A stretch of 64,000 bases of DNA from an uncultured Nitrospiraceae bacterium (lineage in GTDB: Bacteria > Nitrospirota > Nitrospiria > Nitrospirales > Nitrospiraceae), in assembly GCA_963706325.1 (NCBI GenBank), contig CAVPLT010000004.1:960001-1024000 (forward strand). Reading direction: 5' to 3'. Position numbers and translations under genes: made by a program. Every line of letters starts with the position of its first letter. Within the stretch, counting starts at the first letter, position 1. This document shows positions 53,061-62,562 of this stretch, piece after piece. Under the pieces are notes generated by a model. The model was not told where the DNA came from and made no database searches. It saw nothing but the letters and a program-made list of their open reading frames with translations.

Positions 53061-53737
53061 ATGATCATGCGTTCTGCTCGCCCGAGGAACAGCTTGTCCG
53101 CAATGTTGTGCGGGCTCATCGTCCTGTTGACGTCTGGTGCTTTGGCAGGCGATGGAGTCAGCCCGTATCTCGGCCTCTACGGAGGCATGGCGTTCCCGGA
53201 ATCACTTCACGATGTGCAAGGGCGAGGGAATCTGAGCGAGTTCAGCTTCTCGGATTTCGGCCTGAAATCGGGGCCTGTGGTAGTCGGGAAGTTTGGAATT
53301 ACGGGGCGAGGGAGCGATTCACTGGCTCGATGGCTGGGCTAGAAATTGATGCTTCCTATATACAATCGAAAATCAAACAACAGAACTCCCAAGTGTCATT
53401 CGCTGGACTCACTGGGACGCTTCCCATTGACGAAACAAAAATTCAGTTAATTACGGGCGCGTTACACTTAATTGCCAAGTACCAGATGGCCCGGTACAAT
53501 CTTATCGGAGCTGGACCGGCTGTGGTACATGCCCGAGTGCTGGATCAAATACCTTCAACTCCAGTAGCACTATTACGTTGAGCCTCTCAGCTGTAGGAGG
53601 TCTGCGTTTCATGGTCTCAGAGCACATCGGGCTGTTTGGGGAATACAAGGTACATCCGGGCGTCACTGAAGGGTGATGATCTCGAAGCCGATGCCGCTGT
53701 TCATGCCACCGTAGGAGGTGTTAATTTTGCTTTCTGA
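53061..53737 (+). pseudogene. Outer-membrane beta-barrel protein, disrupted
   Basis: Signal peptide, PYLGLYGG, GLEIDASY, GLFGEYK, terminal GVNFAF; stop/frameshift near 53340 and later. Confidence 0.65.
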
Positions 53738-53859
53738 TTAGTTTGTGTCGATGCGGCTGTCCCGGTCCGCCGGTCAAAAGCACAGGCCCCGGGACATGCC
53801 ATCGCCACTGAGATCTTTGATGCCGCCATCGACGGTCCCGCGTAATTACTGTATCTCTA

Positions 53860-54537
53860 TTACGGGCTCGGGTTCGTGTCTTGTCTTGCGGTGGCTTGGA
53901 CCAACGACGCTCGAAATGAACTGTCGGAAGTCCATTCGATAAACTGGTTCATAATATTCGTAAGACTTTGCGCCATGGCGGTTTCGAAGGCACCCGCGCA
54001 CCACCCGAACCAACAACTTTTCCTTTCCTTCCGGAGCCAAGACCTTCCAGTCGATCTGACGCCCGTCGGGGGTCTAAAGCGCGAAAACCAGGCTGGTGCG
54101 CCCCTCAATTGGCACATAGAGATGCCAGTAACCCCACATTTCGTAAGCAAACTGTTCGATTTTACATGGATGACAGGCCCAGGATATGAACGTGCTTCCT
54201 GGGTAGTGATAACCCGCACCTCATACCGCGCTTTTTCCAGAGCCGTTTTTGCCAGCTCAACCATTTTCTCTTTGGGAGGCATATTGGAGGAGATAGGCGC
54301 CAACTCTGCCTTGAATGCGGTTCACAGAGCTTTTCCGACAGCCGGTGAACCGGGATACTGATCTCCTGCTTCATTGTGAAGGAGAATCCGGCATTGAACA
54401 ATTTGCTTGGGAGGGGCTAGCTCCTTGGTCCGCGGGGCCACGGTGGTGCCTCCCGCTCCCACACAGCCTGTGAGGGCAGCGAAGGCGAGAGCGAATCCTG
54501 TCAGAAGGAAGAGATGGGCCGCGGGGGATTGACTCAT
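53860..54537 (-). pseudogene. Lipoprotein interrupted by an in-frame TGA (54322-54324)
   Basis: Lipobox LTGC; ORFs 54322..54537 and 53860..54303 share one frame. Confidence 0.55.
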
Positions 54538-54574
54538 GTCACACCTCTTTCGTGTTGACTGGGCTGTCCTCGCT

Positions 54575-54940
54575 TACCGACTGTTGAATTTCACCACGAC
54601 CTCCCCAGGTCTTTCGAGACCTCCATGTTGAGCGACAGCTAGACACAGCGGCAAATGGATCGGACGAAATCCCCGCGTGGATCTTTTGCAGTGAAACTGA
54701 TGGCTGTTTAGACCCTGACAATCTTCGCAAGCGGTTTAAAGCCCTCATCAGCAGATCAGGCTTGCGGCGGTTCGTTTTCATGACTTTCGCTACACATTTG
54801 CCTACTACACCTGCAACAAGGTGAGAGCCCGGTCTATGTGAAAGAACAGATGGGGCATTCATCTATACAAGTGACGGTCGATCTGGTCGGGCATTTGATA
54901 CCAGGCGGGAACAAGCAGGCGGTAGATCGGTTAGACAGAC
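54575..54940 (+). pseudogene. Tyrosine integrase C-terminal remnant
   Basis: WIFCSETDGCLDPDNLRKRF..SGLRR / RFHDFRYTFA / LQQGESPVYVKEQMGHSSIQVTVDLVGHL; frameshifted, catalytic Tyr lost. Confidence 0.8.
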
Positions 54941-55142
54941 CAAGTTTTCAAACGGCTGAACAAGGGAAATACCACGCGGGCCTTCCCACACGGGATGAGC
55001 CGCGCTCATTTTTTCGTCCGGCACCCGATGAATGGGGCCTCCCGGGAGAGCAAACATATGAGAATTAGTGCGTGAGTGCCACCCAGCCGCCACCCACTGA
55101 ATGGAGTAGGGGGGCAGAGAGAAGGTAAGTATTGGATAGTAT

Positions 55143-55187
55143 TGGAGCTGGCGAAAGGAATCGAACCTTCAACCTGCGGTTTACAAA
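55143..55187 (-). repeat. Exact duplicate of the tRNA-Thr 3' half (att core)
   Basis: 45 nt identical to 58457..58501. Confidence 0.95.
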
Positions 55188-55734
55188 TCAGTCACGGGGA
55201 GGTTGCTCAAGCCGTTGGTGACATGGGCAATCTCCTCTCCCACAGTGGGAACCGTGTCGAATGGGCAGTAGGACGAGCTTGTTTCTCTTTGTCGCTCGGT
55301 GAGGGTGTTTGTCTGGCTGCGTAACACCTATTTAACACCTGATCGCGGCTAGGGGTGTCACCGTTTAAAAAGGCGGGGGGTACCGGGGGATTTTTGTTCA
55401 CACAAACGGGGTTGAGGGTTTGTGCATGACAAGTCAATTATTCGCCGTTTTGGGTACGGGAGGGTCTTGAGTAAAATAGGACGGCAGTGGACCTAAGACC
55501 AACACATAAGACCCCATGTTTCACTTTTCCCACAAAACCGGACGAGCTGTTTCTAGACTTGCTTCATGAAGCCTTGGATCACGAATTGAAGCGCTTTGGA
55601 CGTGTGCGAAGGCGGTGAAGGCCGCGAAGGGATACACCGTCAAAGCGTTAGAGAACTGTCCCTGTCAGCATCGAGCGTGCGAGGTGGATTGAGTATGAGC
55701 CGGTGTTCGCGTGTTTGGAACGGGGAAATTGGCC

Positions 55735-55944
55735 TTAGTGATATTTGGCCGCGGAAGCGCCGTCGTAGTCATTGCCTGAGGGGCCGCACCGTTCGCGAAA
55801 GAACTCACTCTTTGCGCATTGAGCGACCAGCGAAACAACATAGAACTCGATCATCTCGCATTCCTCATCTTTCAGCGGGGCTCTCAGTGTGGGAGACAGC
55901 AGAGCCTCGGATGCTCGGATAAACTCTCGAAGCTCTTTTCGCAT
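55735..55944 (-). CDS. Small helical hypothetical protein
   Basis: RBS gaggt; aligns by eye with 56028..56198. Confidence 0.55.
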   Translation of the reverse strand: MRKELREFIRASEALLSPTLRAPLKDEECEMIEFYVVSLVAQCAKSEFFRERCGPSGNDYDGASAAKYH

Positions 55945-56027
55945 GTTGTCAGATTACCTCTTCTATCATTGAAAGCACGATTATTCGCAATATCGGAAGG
56001 CCCTCGTGGAGCGATCTACTGGGGCCT

Positions 56028-56198
56028 CTACTCATCCTTGCAAGCGATGAGAGCCTTGCAGCGATCCATCAGGGCCGATGCGTAGTAACAAAAGACGGAG
56101 TATTCCACGATGTTCATGGGTGGTTTGTCGTCCAGGGTAGATACCAGGGACTCACACAGGCGCGCGAAGTCTTGGAGTTCTTGACGGACGTGTTCCAT
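56028..56198 (-). CDS. 56-aa hypothetical protein, paralogue of 55735..55944
   Basis: MEHVRQELQDFARLCESLVSTLDDKPPMNIVEYSVFCYYASALMDRCKALIACKDE; ATG abuts the upstream TAA. Confidence 0.55.
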   Translation of the reverse strand: MEHVRQELQDFARLCESLVSTLDDKPPMNIVEYSVFCYYASALMDRCKALIACKDE

Positions 56199-56294
56199 TT
56201 ACCACACCAGCCACGTGAGCATTACAACCCAAAGCAACAACGCCGCCACCACCGCCGCCACCGCGCTTCTTAACAAGTAATCAGGGTTATCCAT
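56199..56294 (-). CDS. 31-aa single-TM micro-protein
   Basis: MDNPDYLLRSAVAAVVAALLLWVVMLTWLVW. Confidence 0.4.
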   Translation of the reverse strand: MDNPDYLLRSAVAAVVAALLLWVVMLTWLVW

Positions 56295-56472
56295 TCCTAT
56301 GCCCTGTCCTTCCTTGAGGATGAGGTCAACCGGCACAGTGGAACACGGCAGGCTTGGAAGTGTCGATGTGTCTAATGAGGAGTTGCCAGAAGTACGTAGA
56401 AGAACAGAACAAAGGGCGCGTGAGAGACGCGGCACTGGGGGGTCAAAACAAAAGGGAGAGCATAGCCAGCGA

Positions 56473-56877
56473 TTACCGTTGCCTTAAATATTCTCGCACT
56501 CGCTCTACGATGACACGGTCGTGGTCGATCATTTTTAAGGCATGTGTGTCGTCGGGGGAAAACCATCCCATCGCCTGTCCTTCCCCTAAGTGAAGGGGTT
56601 GGTTTTGATACTGTTCAACAAACACATATTTCGTGTTCAGATCCTCGCCATTTCGCACTGTCTGTGCCATGAGAAAGTACGGGATTTGTACGTGGAAGGA
56701 CAGTTCCTCCAGCGCCTCACGTTTCAGTGCCTCCATTGTGCTTTCTCCAGCTTCGATACCACCTCCAAAGAACGCCCAGTGGTTTGGCAGACTAAACGCA
56801 TCGGGGGTGCGATGTTGAAGGAGTATCTGACCTGTAGTGGTATAGAGAATCAAAAGGGACACATCTCGTACAGCCAT
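56473..56877 (-). CDS. NUDIX hydrolase
   Basis: GGGIEAGESTMEALKREALEELS Nudix box. Confidence 0.88.
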   Translation of the reverse strand: MAVRDVSLLILYTTTGQILLQHRTPDAFSLPNHWAFFGGGIEAGESTMEALKREALEELSFHVQIPYFLMAQTVRNGEDLNTKYVFVEQYQNQPLHLGEGQAMGWFSPDDTHALKMIDHDRVIVERVREYLRQR

Positions 56878-57218
56878 TCTTTAACATAGCGTGAAAATTG
56901 CGGGGAGAGAAGGCTATCAACTCAACTTGGCGAGTGACCGTCATACTCGACAAGGGAATTGCCTAGCATACTGTAGCCGCTCGCCATGAAAGAATGACGC
57001 GGTAGAGATTCCCATCGACCTTTACAGAGGAGGTCAAAGATGCCTTCCCTTGATTTCTCCCATATGGCGGAATGGCCCGTTTATACCTCTATCGCGCTTT
57101 CGTTGTTCTATATCATCAACGCTCAAGTGCAGGACCGTTGGTATAATTAGGACGATTCCAATTGAATCGCTAATCTCGCCCGTCCTCGTGCCCTACATTC
57201 CAGGAAGGGAGGCTACGC

Positions 57219-57608
57219 ATGGCTAAGGGACATCTACACTCCATAGAGGGGCATTCTTACGTCCGCGCATACAACCGTCTGCCAATAGAAGGGCGCATGT
57301 ATTTCTCAAGCGACGATAGGGAGGGTACTGGTACCGTGCAAGATGTCTCAGTCGGTGGATGGCGCGTACGGAGCGTCCACACCCATGTGAAGCCTGGTGA
57401 CGCCGTGACGTTCTTTGTGACGTTCCCCGATCATCAACAAGCTGTCCTAGTGGATCAGGCCAAAGTCTGTTGGAGTCGAGGCGATGAGTTCGGGCTAGCT
57501 ATTGGAAAGATCACGATGCAAGATGCTAAACGCCTGAAAGGCTATATCTCCGCCCATCTTAAGGTTGACGACGAGATACAAAATAGGCTTCCACTGGTAT
57601 CGGGATGA
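57219..57608 (+). CDS. PilZ domain protein
   Basis: RAYNR (RxxxR) and DVSVGG (DxSxxG); RBS ggagg. Confidence 0.85.
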   Translation: MAKGHLHSIEGHSYVRAYNRLPIEGRMYFSSDDREGTGTVQDVSVGGWRVRSVHTHVKPGDAVTFFVTFPDHQQAVLVDQAKVCWSRGDEFGLAIGKITMQDAKRLKGYISAHLKVDDEIQNRLPLVSG

Positions 57609-57735
57609 TAACCCCGCTGTTACCTTGGAAGTTCGGGAGGGGCTGAGAAAACGCGGCCTTTGAGTAACTTCCAAGCCAATTCTGGGAAGACGGGTGGCCA
57701 GACAACGGACAATGCGTTTGTTTCAGTAACTCCTG

Positions 57736-57936
57736 ATGATATGGACCATCAAAACACCGACCAAACCCGGATGGTATTGGTTCCAACCGCACAACATGAA
57801 GCCTCGCGTGATTGAGTTGATCGCGGAGCATGAGCCACCGCGTTTACTCATCGCGGAATCGTCCACTCGGGTCGATGATTTTGAAAGTAGTATGTATCGG
57901 TGGGCAGGACCGCTGGAGTTACCGGAAGAGCAGTGA
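57736..57936 (+). CDS. Small phage-like hypothetical protein
   Basis: W....PTKPGWYW...WAGPLELP pattern. Confidence 0.5.
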   Translation: MIWTIKTPTKPGWYWFQPHNMKPRVIELIAEHEPPRLLIAESSTRVDDFESSMYRWAGPLELPEEQ

Positions 57937-58047
57937 AACATCTGGACGCCTTTCCAACATCAGGTACAGCACACTTCCCTCGGCAAAAATCTGAAGGCTT
58001 CTAAAGCCGCCCCCTGGCAAGGCACCAATAAGCTCGGTGCGCCTCTC

Positions 58048-58185
58048 ACGAAGGACCGTTACGGACGCACCGTCGCAACTGTCACCTTACCTAATGGCGT
58101 CCAACTGCACGAGGAACTTGTTCGGCAAGGCATGTGCTGGTGGTTCAGGAAGTATGCGCCGAACGAACAGAGACTAAGAGAGCAA
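58048..58185 (+). pseudogene. Thermonuclease (SNase) internal fragment
   Basis: TKDRYGRTVATVTLPNGVQLHEELVRQGMCWWFRKYAP. Confidence 0.75.
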
Positions 58186-58451
58186 CCGCCAAGAAAAGGG
58201 CAGGCGTGACCAGCTTCCGCTTCCATGACCTACGCCATTGCGCAGCCACCAACCTACGTATGGCAGGAGTGGACACAGCAACCGCGATGCGGATCGTAGG
58301 TCACAAGTCTGAGAGGATGTGGCAGCGGTACAATTCGATAGAGGAGAAAGACTTACTGACGGCAGCCTCTAAACTCGACAAGTACATCCAGCTTAACACC
58401 GTATTAACACCTGCCACTTTATCTGCTTCCGTTGATTCTGTAAGTGCTTGA
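58185..58451 (+). pseudogene. Tyrosine integrase C-terminal fragment
   Basis: FRFHDLRHCAATNLRMAGVD..AMRIVGHKSERMWQRY; N-terminal part missing; ends 5 nt from the tRNA 3' end. Confidence 0.85.
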
Positions 58452-58456
58452 AAGGT

Positions 58457-58532
58457 TGGAGCTGGCGAAAGGAATCGAACCTTCAACCTGCGGTTTACAA
58501 AACCGCTGCTCTGCCAATTGAGCTACGCCAGC
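58457..58532 (-). tRNA. tRNA-Thr(TGT)
   Basis: 76 nt; acceptor gctggcg/cgccagc, anticodon arm gcggt-tttgtaa-accgc, GTTCGA T-loop, encoded CCA. Confidence 0.97.
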
Positions 58533-58800
58533 CTACCTCACATTGAAAAACCAAGATCTCATCGGAGAGATCATAGCGAATAATTCGGAACCCTACAATT
58601 CTTCTGCCGACCTGTCAAGATGCAGCTCTGCTCACAAAAAAATGCGGTGGCTCAATCGTCGGACTCAACGCGGTACTTAGTTTTGCTTGAATAAAGTTTG
58701 AATTACCAATAAGCTGACTTTATTCTGAGGGCGTCCAGACTTTTGGTTTGCCACTGAGAACCCTGGTGAGCTTTTCGGGCCTGAGAGAGGGGTGCCATCC

Positions 58801-60216
58801 ATGAGTCAGTCACACATTCTTGTGATCGATGATGATCCTGCTGTCCGGCAGGTCCTTTCCGAAACGCTGGCCAATGAAGGGCATCAAGTGACCTTGGTAT
58901 CCAGCGGTCTTGAGGGTGTGGAGGCTGCCAAGGATCAGCCGGTGCATGTGGTGTTGACGGATCTGCAGATGCCTGGTATCGACGGATTGGAAACCATCGA
59001 CCGGATCTCCAAGGTCGATTCCAAGATTATCGCGATTGTGATGACCGGCTATGGAACGATCGACTGCGCGGTGCGAGCGATGAAAGCCGGCGCGTTTGAT
59101 TTCATCACCAAACCGTTCGAGCCGGATACGGTGACCGTGGTCGTCAAAAAGGCTTTGGATGTGTACAAGCTAAAACAGGAGAACCATCTTCTTCGAAAAG
59201 CCGTACGGGACCAATATCGGCTGGAACATTTGGTGGGGACCAGCGCGCCGATGCGCATGGTGCTGGATTTCGTGGAAAAAGTTGCCGACAGCGACAGCAC
59301 CGTACTGATTGAGGGCGAGAGCGGGACCGGGAAAGAATTAATCGCCAGAATGTTGCATTTCAACAGCATGCGCCGGGATCGACCGCTCGTGCCGGTGAAC
59401 TGTGGCGCGATTCCCGAAACGCTGTTGGAATCAGAACTATTTGGCCATGAAAAGGGCGCGTTCACAGGAGCGGCCCATACCAGGCTTGGACGTTTCGAAT
59501 TAGCTCATGGTGGAACCATTTTTCTGGATGAAGTCGGCGAAATGAGTTTGTCGCTGCAAGTAAAATTGCTCCGAGTATTACAGGAGCGATGTTTTGAACG
59601 AGTCGGGGGCACGCGAACGATCAATGTGGATGTCAGGATTATCGCAGCCACAAATCAGGACTTGGCGTTGGCCGTCCAGGAGCGGCGCTTTCGACAGGAC
59701 TTGTACTATCGACTTCACGTCATTCCCATTCACATCCCTCCCCTGCGAGAACGACGCAGTGATATTCCGCTTCTCGTCAACCATTTTATTGCTCAATTCA
59801 ACCAAATGCGCCGGACAGAGATTCTCGGCATGGAGCCGGACGCGTTGGCGCGCATGACGGAAGAAGAATGGCCGGGCAATATCCGGGAGCTGGAAAATAT
59901 GATCGAACGCCTGGCGGTCTTGAAAAAGAAGGGCTGGATTACCGTGAGTGATCTGCCTGAGAGTCCCCTCAAGATGACGGCGGGAAAAACCAACGAGGCG
60001 CCGGAGCATTTCATTCGTTTTTCCGAAGATGGTATCAATCTGACGAAGGAGCTGGAACATTACGAAAACCGGCTCATTGGCGAAGCGTTGCGCAAGGCAA
60101 ACGGAATTACCAGCCGGGCCGCACAGCTGTTACAGGTCAACCGAACGACATTGGTCGAAAAGTTAAAACGCAAAGGGTTTGACCCGAAGAGTCACGGCTA
60201 CTCGATTCAAAACTAG
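58801..60216 (+). CDS. Sigma-54-dependent response regulator (FleQ/FlrA-like by context)
   Basis: Receiver domain, GESGTGKE, GAFTGA, WPGNIRELEN, Fis HTH ending RTTLVEKLKR. Confidence 0.9.
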   Translation: MSQSHILVIDDDPAVRQVLSETLANEGHQVTLVSSGLEGVEAAKDQPVHVVLTDLQMPGIDGLETIDRISKVDSKIIAIVMTGYGTIDCAVRAMKAGAFDFITKPFEPDTVTVVVKKALDVYKLKQENHLLRKAVRDQYRLEHLVGTSAPMRMVLDFVEKVADSDSTVLIEGESGTGKELIARMLHFNSMRRDRPLVPVNCGAIPETLLESELFGHEKGAFTGAAHTRLGRFELAHGGTIFLDEVGEMSLSLQVKLLRVLQERCFERVGGTRTINVDVRIIAATNQDLALAVQERRFRQDLYYRLHVIPIHIPPLRERRSDIPLLVNHFIAQFNQMRRTEILGMEPDALARMTEEEWPGNIRELENMIERLAVLKKKGWITVSDLPESPLKMTAGKTNEAPEHFIRFSEDGINLTKELEHYENRLIGEALRKANGITSRAAQLLQVNRTTLVEKLKRKGFDPKSHGYSIQN

Positions 60217-60243
60217 CTTCTCCCTCATCGCCCCTCGCCACAC

Positions 60244-60257
60244 GTCAACTTCTTGAC
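60244..60257. promoter_or_regulatory. Candidate enhancer (FleQ-box-like palindrome)
   Basis: GTCAA-cttc-TTGAC, about 105 nt upstream of the sigma-54 element. Confidence 0.55.
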
Positions 60258-60361
60258 CAGGTTTTTTACAAGCCTGTTGTATTTTCTGACACCGTCGGTC
60301 GATCGCTATGTAGAACCTCATTATTTTGGGAGGTGATAGTCATTTTTGATCACAGGCCGGG

Positions 60362-60375
60362 GGCATGAGACTTGC
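60362..60375 (+). promoter_or_regulatory. Sigma-54 -24/-12 promoter
   Basis: GGcatgagacttGC (GG-N10-GC with GGCA and TTGC). Confidence 0.65.
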
Positions 60376-60390
60376 TGATTTGCTCCCTCT

Positions 60391-62562
60391 GTGCATCTCC
60401 GATCTCTAATACCACGACGATTATGGCTGGCCGCGCTGCTTCCGCTTATGCTGAGCGGCGTTGTAGCGGTTGGTATCGCTTCAGCGGCGGCCGGGGATGG
60501 ACAGTCGGCGCCGAGGCAAGATCTCCCCACCACGCTACCCGAACCTCCAGAGCTGATACGAGGTGTCTTGCCCGATCCAGGTCCTCGTTTCGAGCGACTC
60601 CCTGAAAGCCCGGAGTGGAATCAGTTTGAACGCGGGGTCGCTCTGTACCTTCAAGGCCGGTATGTCGAGGCGCGACTTCACTTCACTACTATCCTTCGAG
60701 AACATCACGAAGCAAAACTCACATCGTCTATCCAAGCGTTCTTAGCAGAGAGCCAGCTCAGGAGCGGCAATGTCGAGATCCGTCCGATCGAAATCATCGA
60801 ACAATACCGGACATTGTTGCGGGAGGATCCGTATTCCACCAACGCCAAGCGGGCGGCCTGGAGAATCGGTGATGTGTATCGCTCGGAAGGCTGGTATCAG
60901 GAGGCCCAGATCGCCTATCAACATGCCCTCGGCCTCTCTGAGCATGATTCATATGATGCCAATCGAGCAATGCTCGGCCTGGGATATACCCTGCGCGGGC
61001 TCGGCAAGTGGAAAGACAGTGCGCAGACATTCGACAACGTCCTGAAACGAACTACGGATCCCACCTTGCTGGCATACGCCTCAATGGGACAGGCGCATAG
61101 CCTCTATCGATTGGGACGCATTAAGGATGCGGAGACGTTATACGAGAGCCTCGCCGGTCGTTGGCCTGTGGTCTTTCGCAAGGATCCCTATGCGTTATTG
61201 CGCTATGCGGATACCGCCGGTGAAGGGCACCGTCCTTCCGTCATGCGCGAACAGCTTCTCCGCTTCTACAATCTCTATCCCTCCAGGCCGGAGAATCCAT
61301 TCGTATTGCTTCACATCGCCGACAGCTATAAGGAGGCCGGTCGATGGAACGAAGCGAGTCTGTTCTACGCCGCCTTGCTGAGTCAGTATCCGGATGCGCC
61401 CGTTATGCCCATGGCCAAACTCCGCTATGCAGACGTGCAGGAGCGCCGCGATCCTGAAGAAGAGGTGATTAATCTGCGCCAAACGGTCACCTCCCGGCTT
61501 TCAAACATTCCGCTCGCGCCCGGTGAATCGCTCAATCCGCGTGAACTATTCGAAAAAAGCGCGCATCAGTACGAAGACTCCGCGGTCGGCAGTGAGGCGC
61601 TGTTTCATCTGGCAGAAGCTTTTGAGAGGGTAGGAAAGCGGGAAGAGGCGCTCGCCACATATGAACAGGTGGTGCTGCGCACGGGAAAAGTTCAGGACGA
61701 TCCGTGGCCCGACAAAAGCGGGGCGCAGCTCGTGACTTTTCTGCGGCCAAGGCTGGAAGCCGCCTTAAAAACACACGACGATTTTGAACTCGTCAGTCTG
61801 TTCCATCGACACGGTCCGCAAGCCGATCGGCTCTACGCAGGAACGGATCTGCTGCTGAAAATCGCAGACGCGCATCAGCGGCTCGGGTTCCCCGTGGAGG
61901 CCGCCAAACTCTATCAATCGCTGATCCGCGATCCCAAAGCCGAGCCATTTCAGGAAGTAGCACTCATGGGACTCGGCCGCAGTTACCTAGCGCAGAAGGA
62001 CATGCGCGCCGCGCGCTCCGTCTTTGAGCGATATCGCCTGCAATTCCCGATCGGGCGATTTGGAGGAGAGGCCGTCCAAAGCATCTTGAAGTGTTTTGAG
62101 GGGGAAGGGAATGTCGCGGGATTGATCAAGTTGGGGCGTCAATGGTTGGAGCATCATCCACGACATCCTGATCGAGGCCCGGTCCTCTCGATGATGGCGG
62201 ACGTGTTCGGGCAGGCCAAACAATATGGCGAGGCGAGCGCGCTCTATGAGGCCATCCTCAAGAGCAGAATCGAGTTGTCTGCGGCCGATTTGCTACGGTA
62301 TGCCGATGCTTTAGTCCACCTGAATCGTCCCGTTCACGCCTTGCCCCTATACAAACAGGCCTTGGTGGCAGGGCTGAATCCGGAACTAGAAGTCTGGGCA
62401 CAATTTCAATTGGTTCGACTCGCGCACACGGCCAAGCGTCAGGATTTAGCGCAGGGCGAGTTGCGTTCGCTTAGTGGAAACACCGATGGCCTCGTCCGAC
62501 GCATGGCCGCCGTCATGCAGGCGGGCCAGCCACTGTTGGCTCCACAGCAGGGAGGTCGGTGA
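60391..62562 (+). CDS. Exported tetratricopeptide repeat protein
   Basis: Signal/TM N-terminus and many TPR-like repeats; GTGA overlap with the kinase gene. Confidence 0.85.
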   Translation: MHLRSLIPRRLWLAALLPLMLSGVVAVGIASAAAGDGQSAPRQDLPTTLPEPPELIRGVLPDPGPRFERLPESPEWNQFERGVALYLQGRYVEARLHFTTILREHHEAKLTSSIQAFLAESQLRSGNVEIRPIEIIEQYRTLLREDPYSTNAKRAAWRIGDVYRSEGWYQEAQIAYQHALGLSEHDSYDANRAMLGLGYTLRGLGKWKDSAQTFDNVLKRTTDPTLLAYASMGQAHSLYRLGRIKDAETLYESLAGRWPVVFRKDPYALLRYADTAGEGHRPSVMREQLLRFYNLYPSRPENPFVLLHIADSYKEAGRWNEASLFYAALLSQYPDAPVMPMAKLRYADVQERRDPEEEVINLRQTVTSRLSNIPLAPGESLNPRELFEKSAHQYEDSAVGSEALFHLAEAFERVGKREEALATYEQVVLRTGKVQDDPWPDKSGAQLVTFLRPRLEAALKTHDDFELVSLFHRHGPQADRLYAGTDLLLKIADAHQRLGFPVEAAKLYQSLIRDPKAEPFQEVALMGLGRSYLAQKDMRAARSVFERYRLQFPIGRFGGEAVQSILKCFEGEGNVAGLIKLGRQWLEHHPRHPDRGPVLSMMADVFGQAKQYGEASALYEAILKSRIELSAADLLRYADALVHLNRPVHALPLYKQALVAGLNPELEVWAQFQLVRLAHTAKRQDLAQGELRSLSGNTDGLVRRMAAVMQAGQPLLAPQQGGR

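Larger units (their letters stand above)
43515..55187. mobile_element. Decayed integrative element 2 (about 11.6 kb) at tRNA-Thr
   Basis: Bounded by two tRNA 3'-half copies; integrase, excisionase, XRE and nuclease remnants; visibly more AT-rich than the flanks. Confidence 0.75.
55143..58501. mobile_element. Small decayed integrative element 1 (about 3.3 kb) at tRNA-Thr
   Basis: Perfect 45-nt direct repeats, integrase remnant beside the tRNA, paired TAACACC repeats inside both ends. Confidence 0.85.

Noticed and set aside
54322..54324. In-frame TGA as selenocysteine or readthrough
   Set aside because: No redox motif or evident SECIS-like hairpin, and it lies among pseudogenes
43515..55187. 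Two extra tRNA-like segments as functional tRNAs
   Set aside because: Only the anticodon loop to CCA is present; the D-arm and 5' acceptor strand are absent, so these are att duplications
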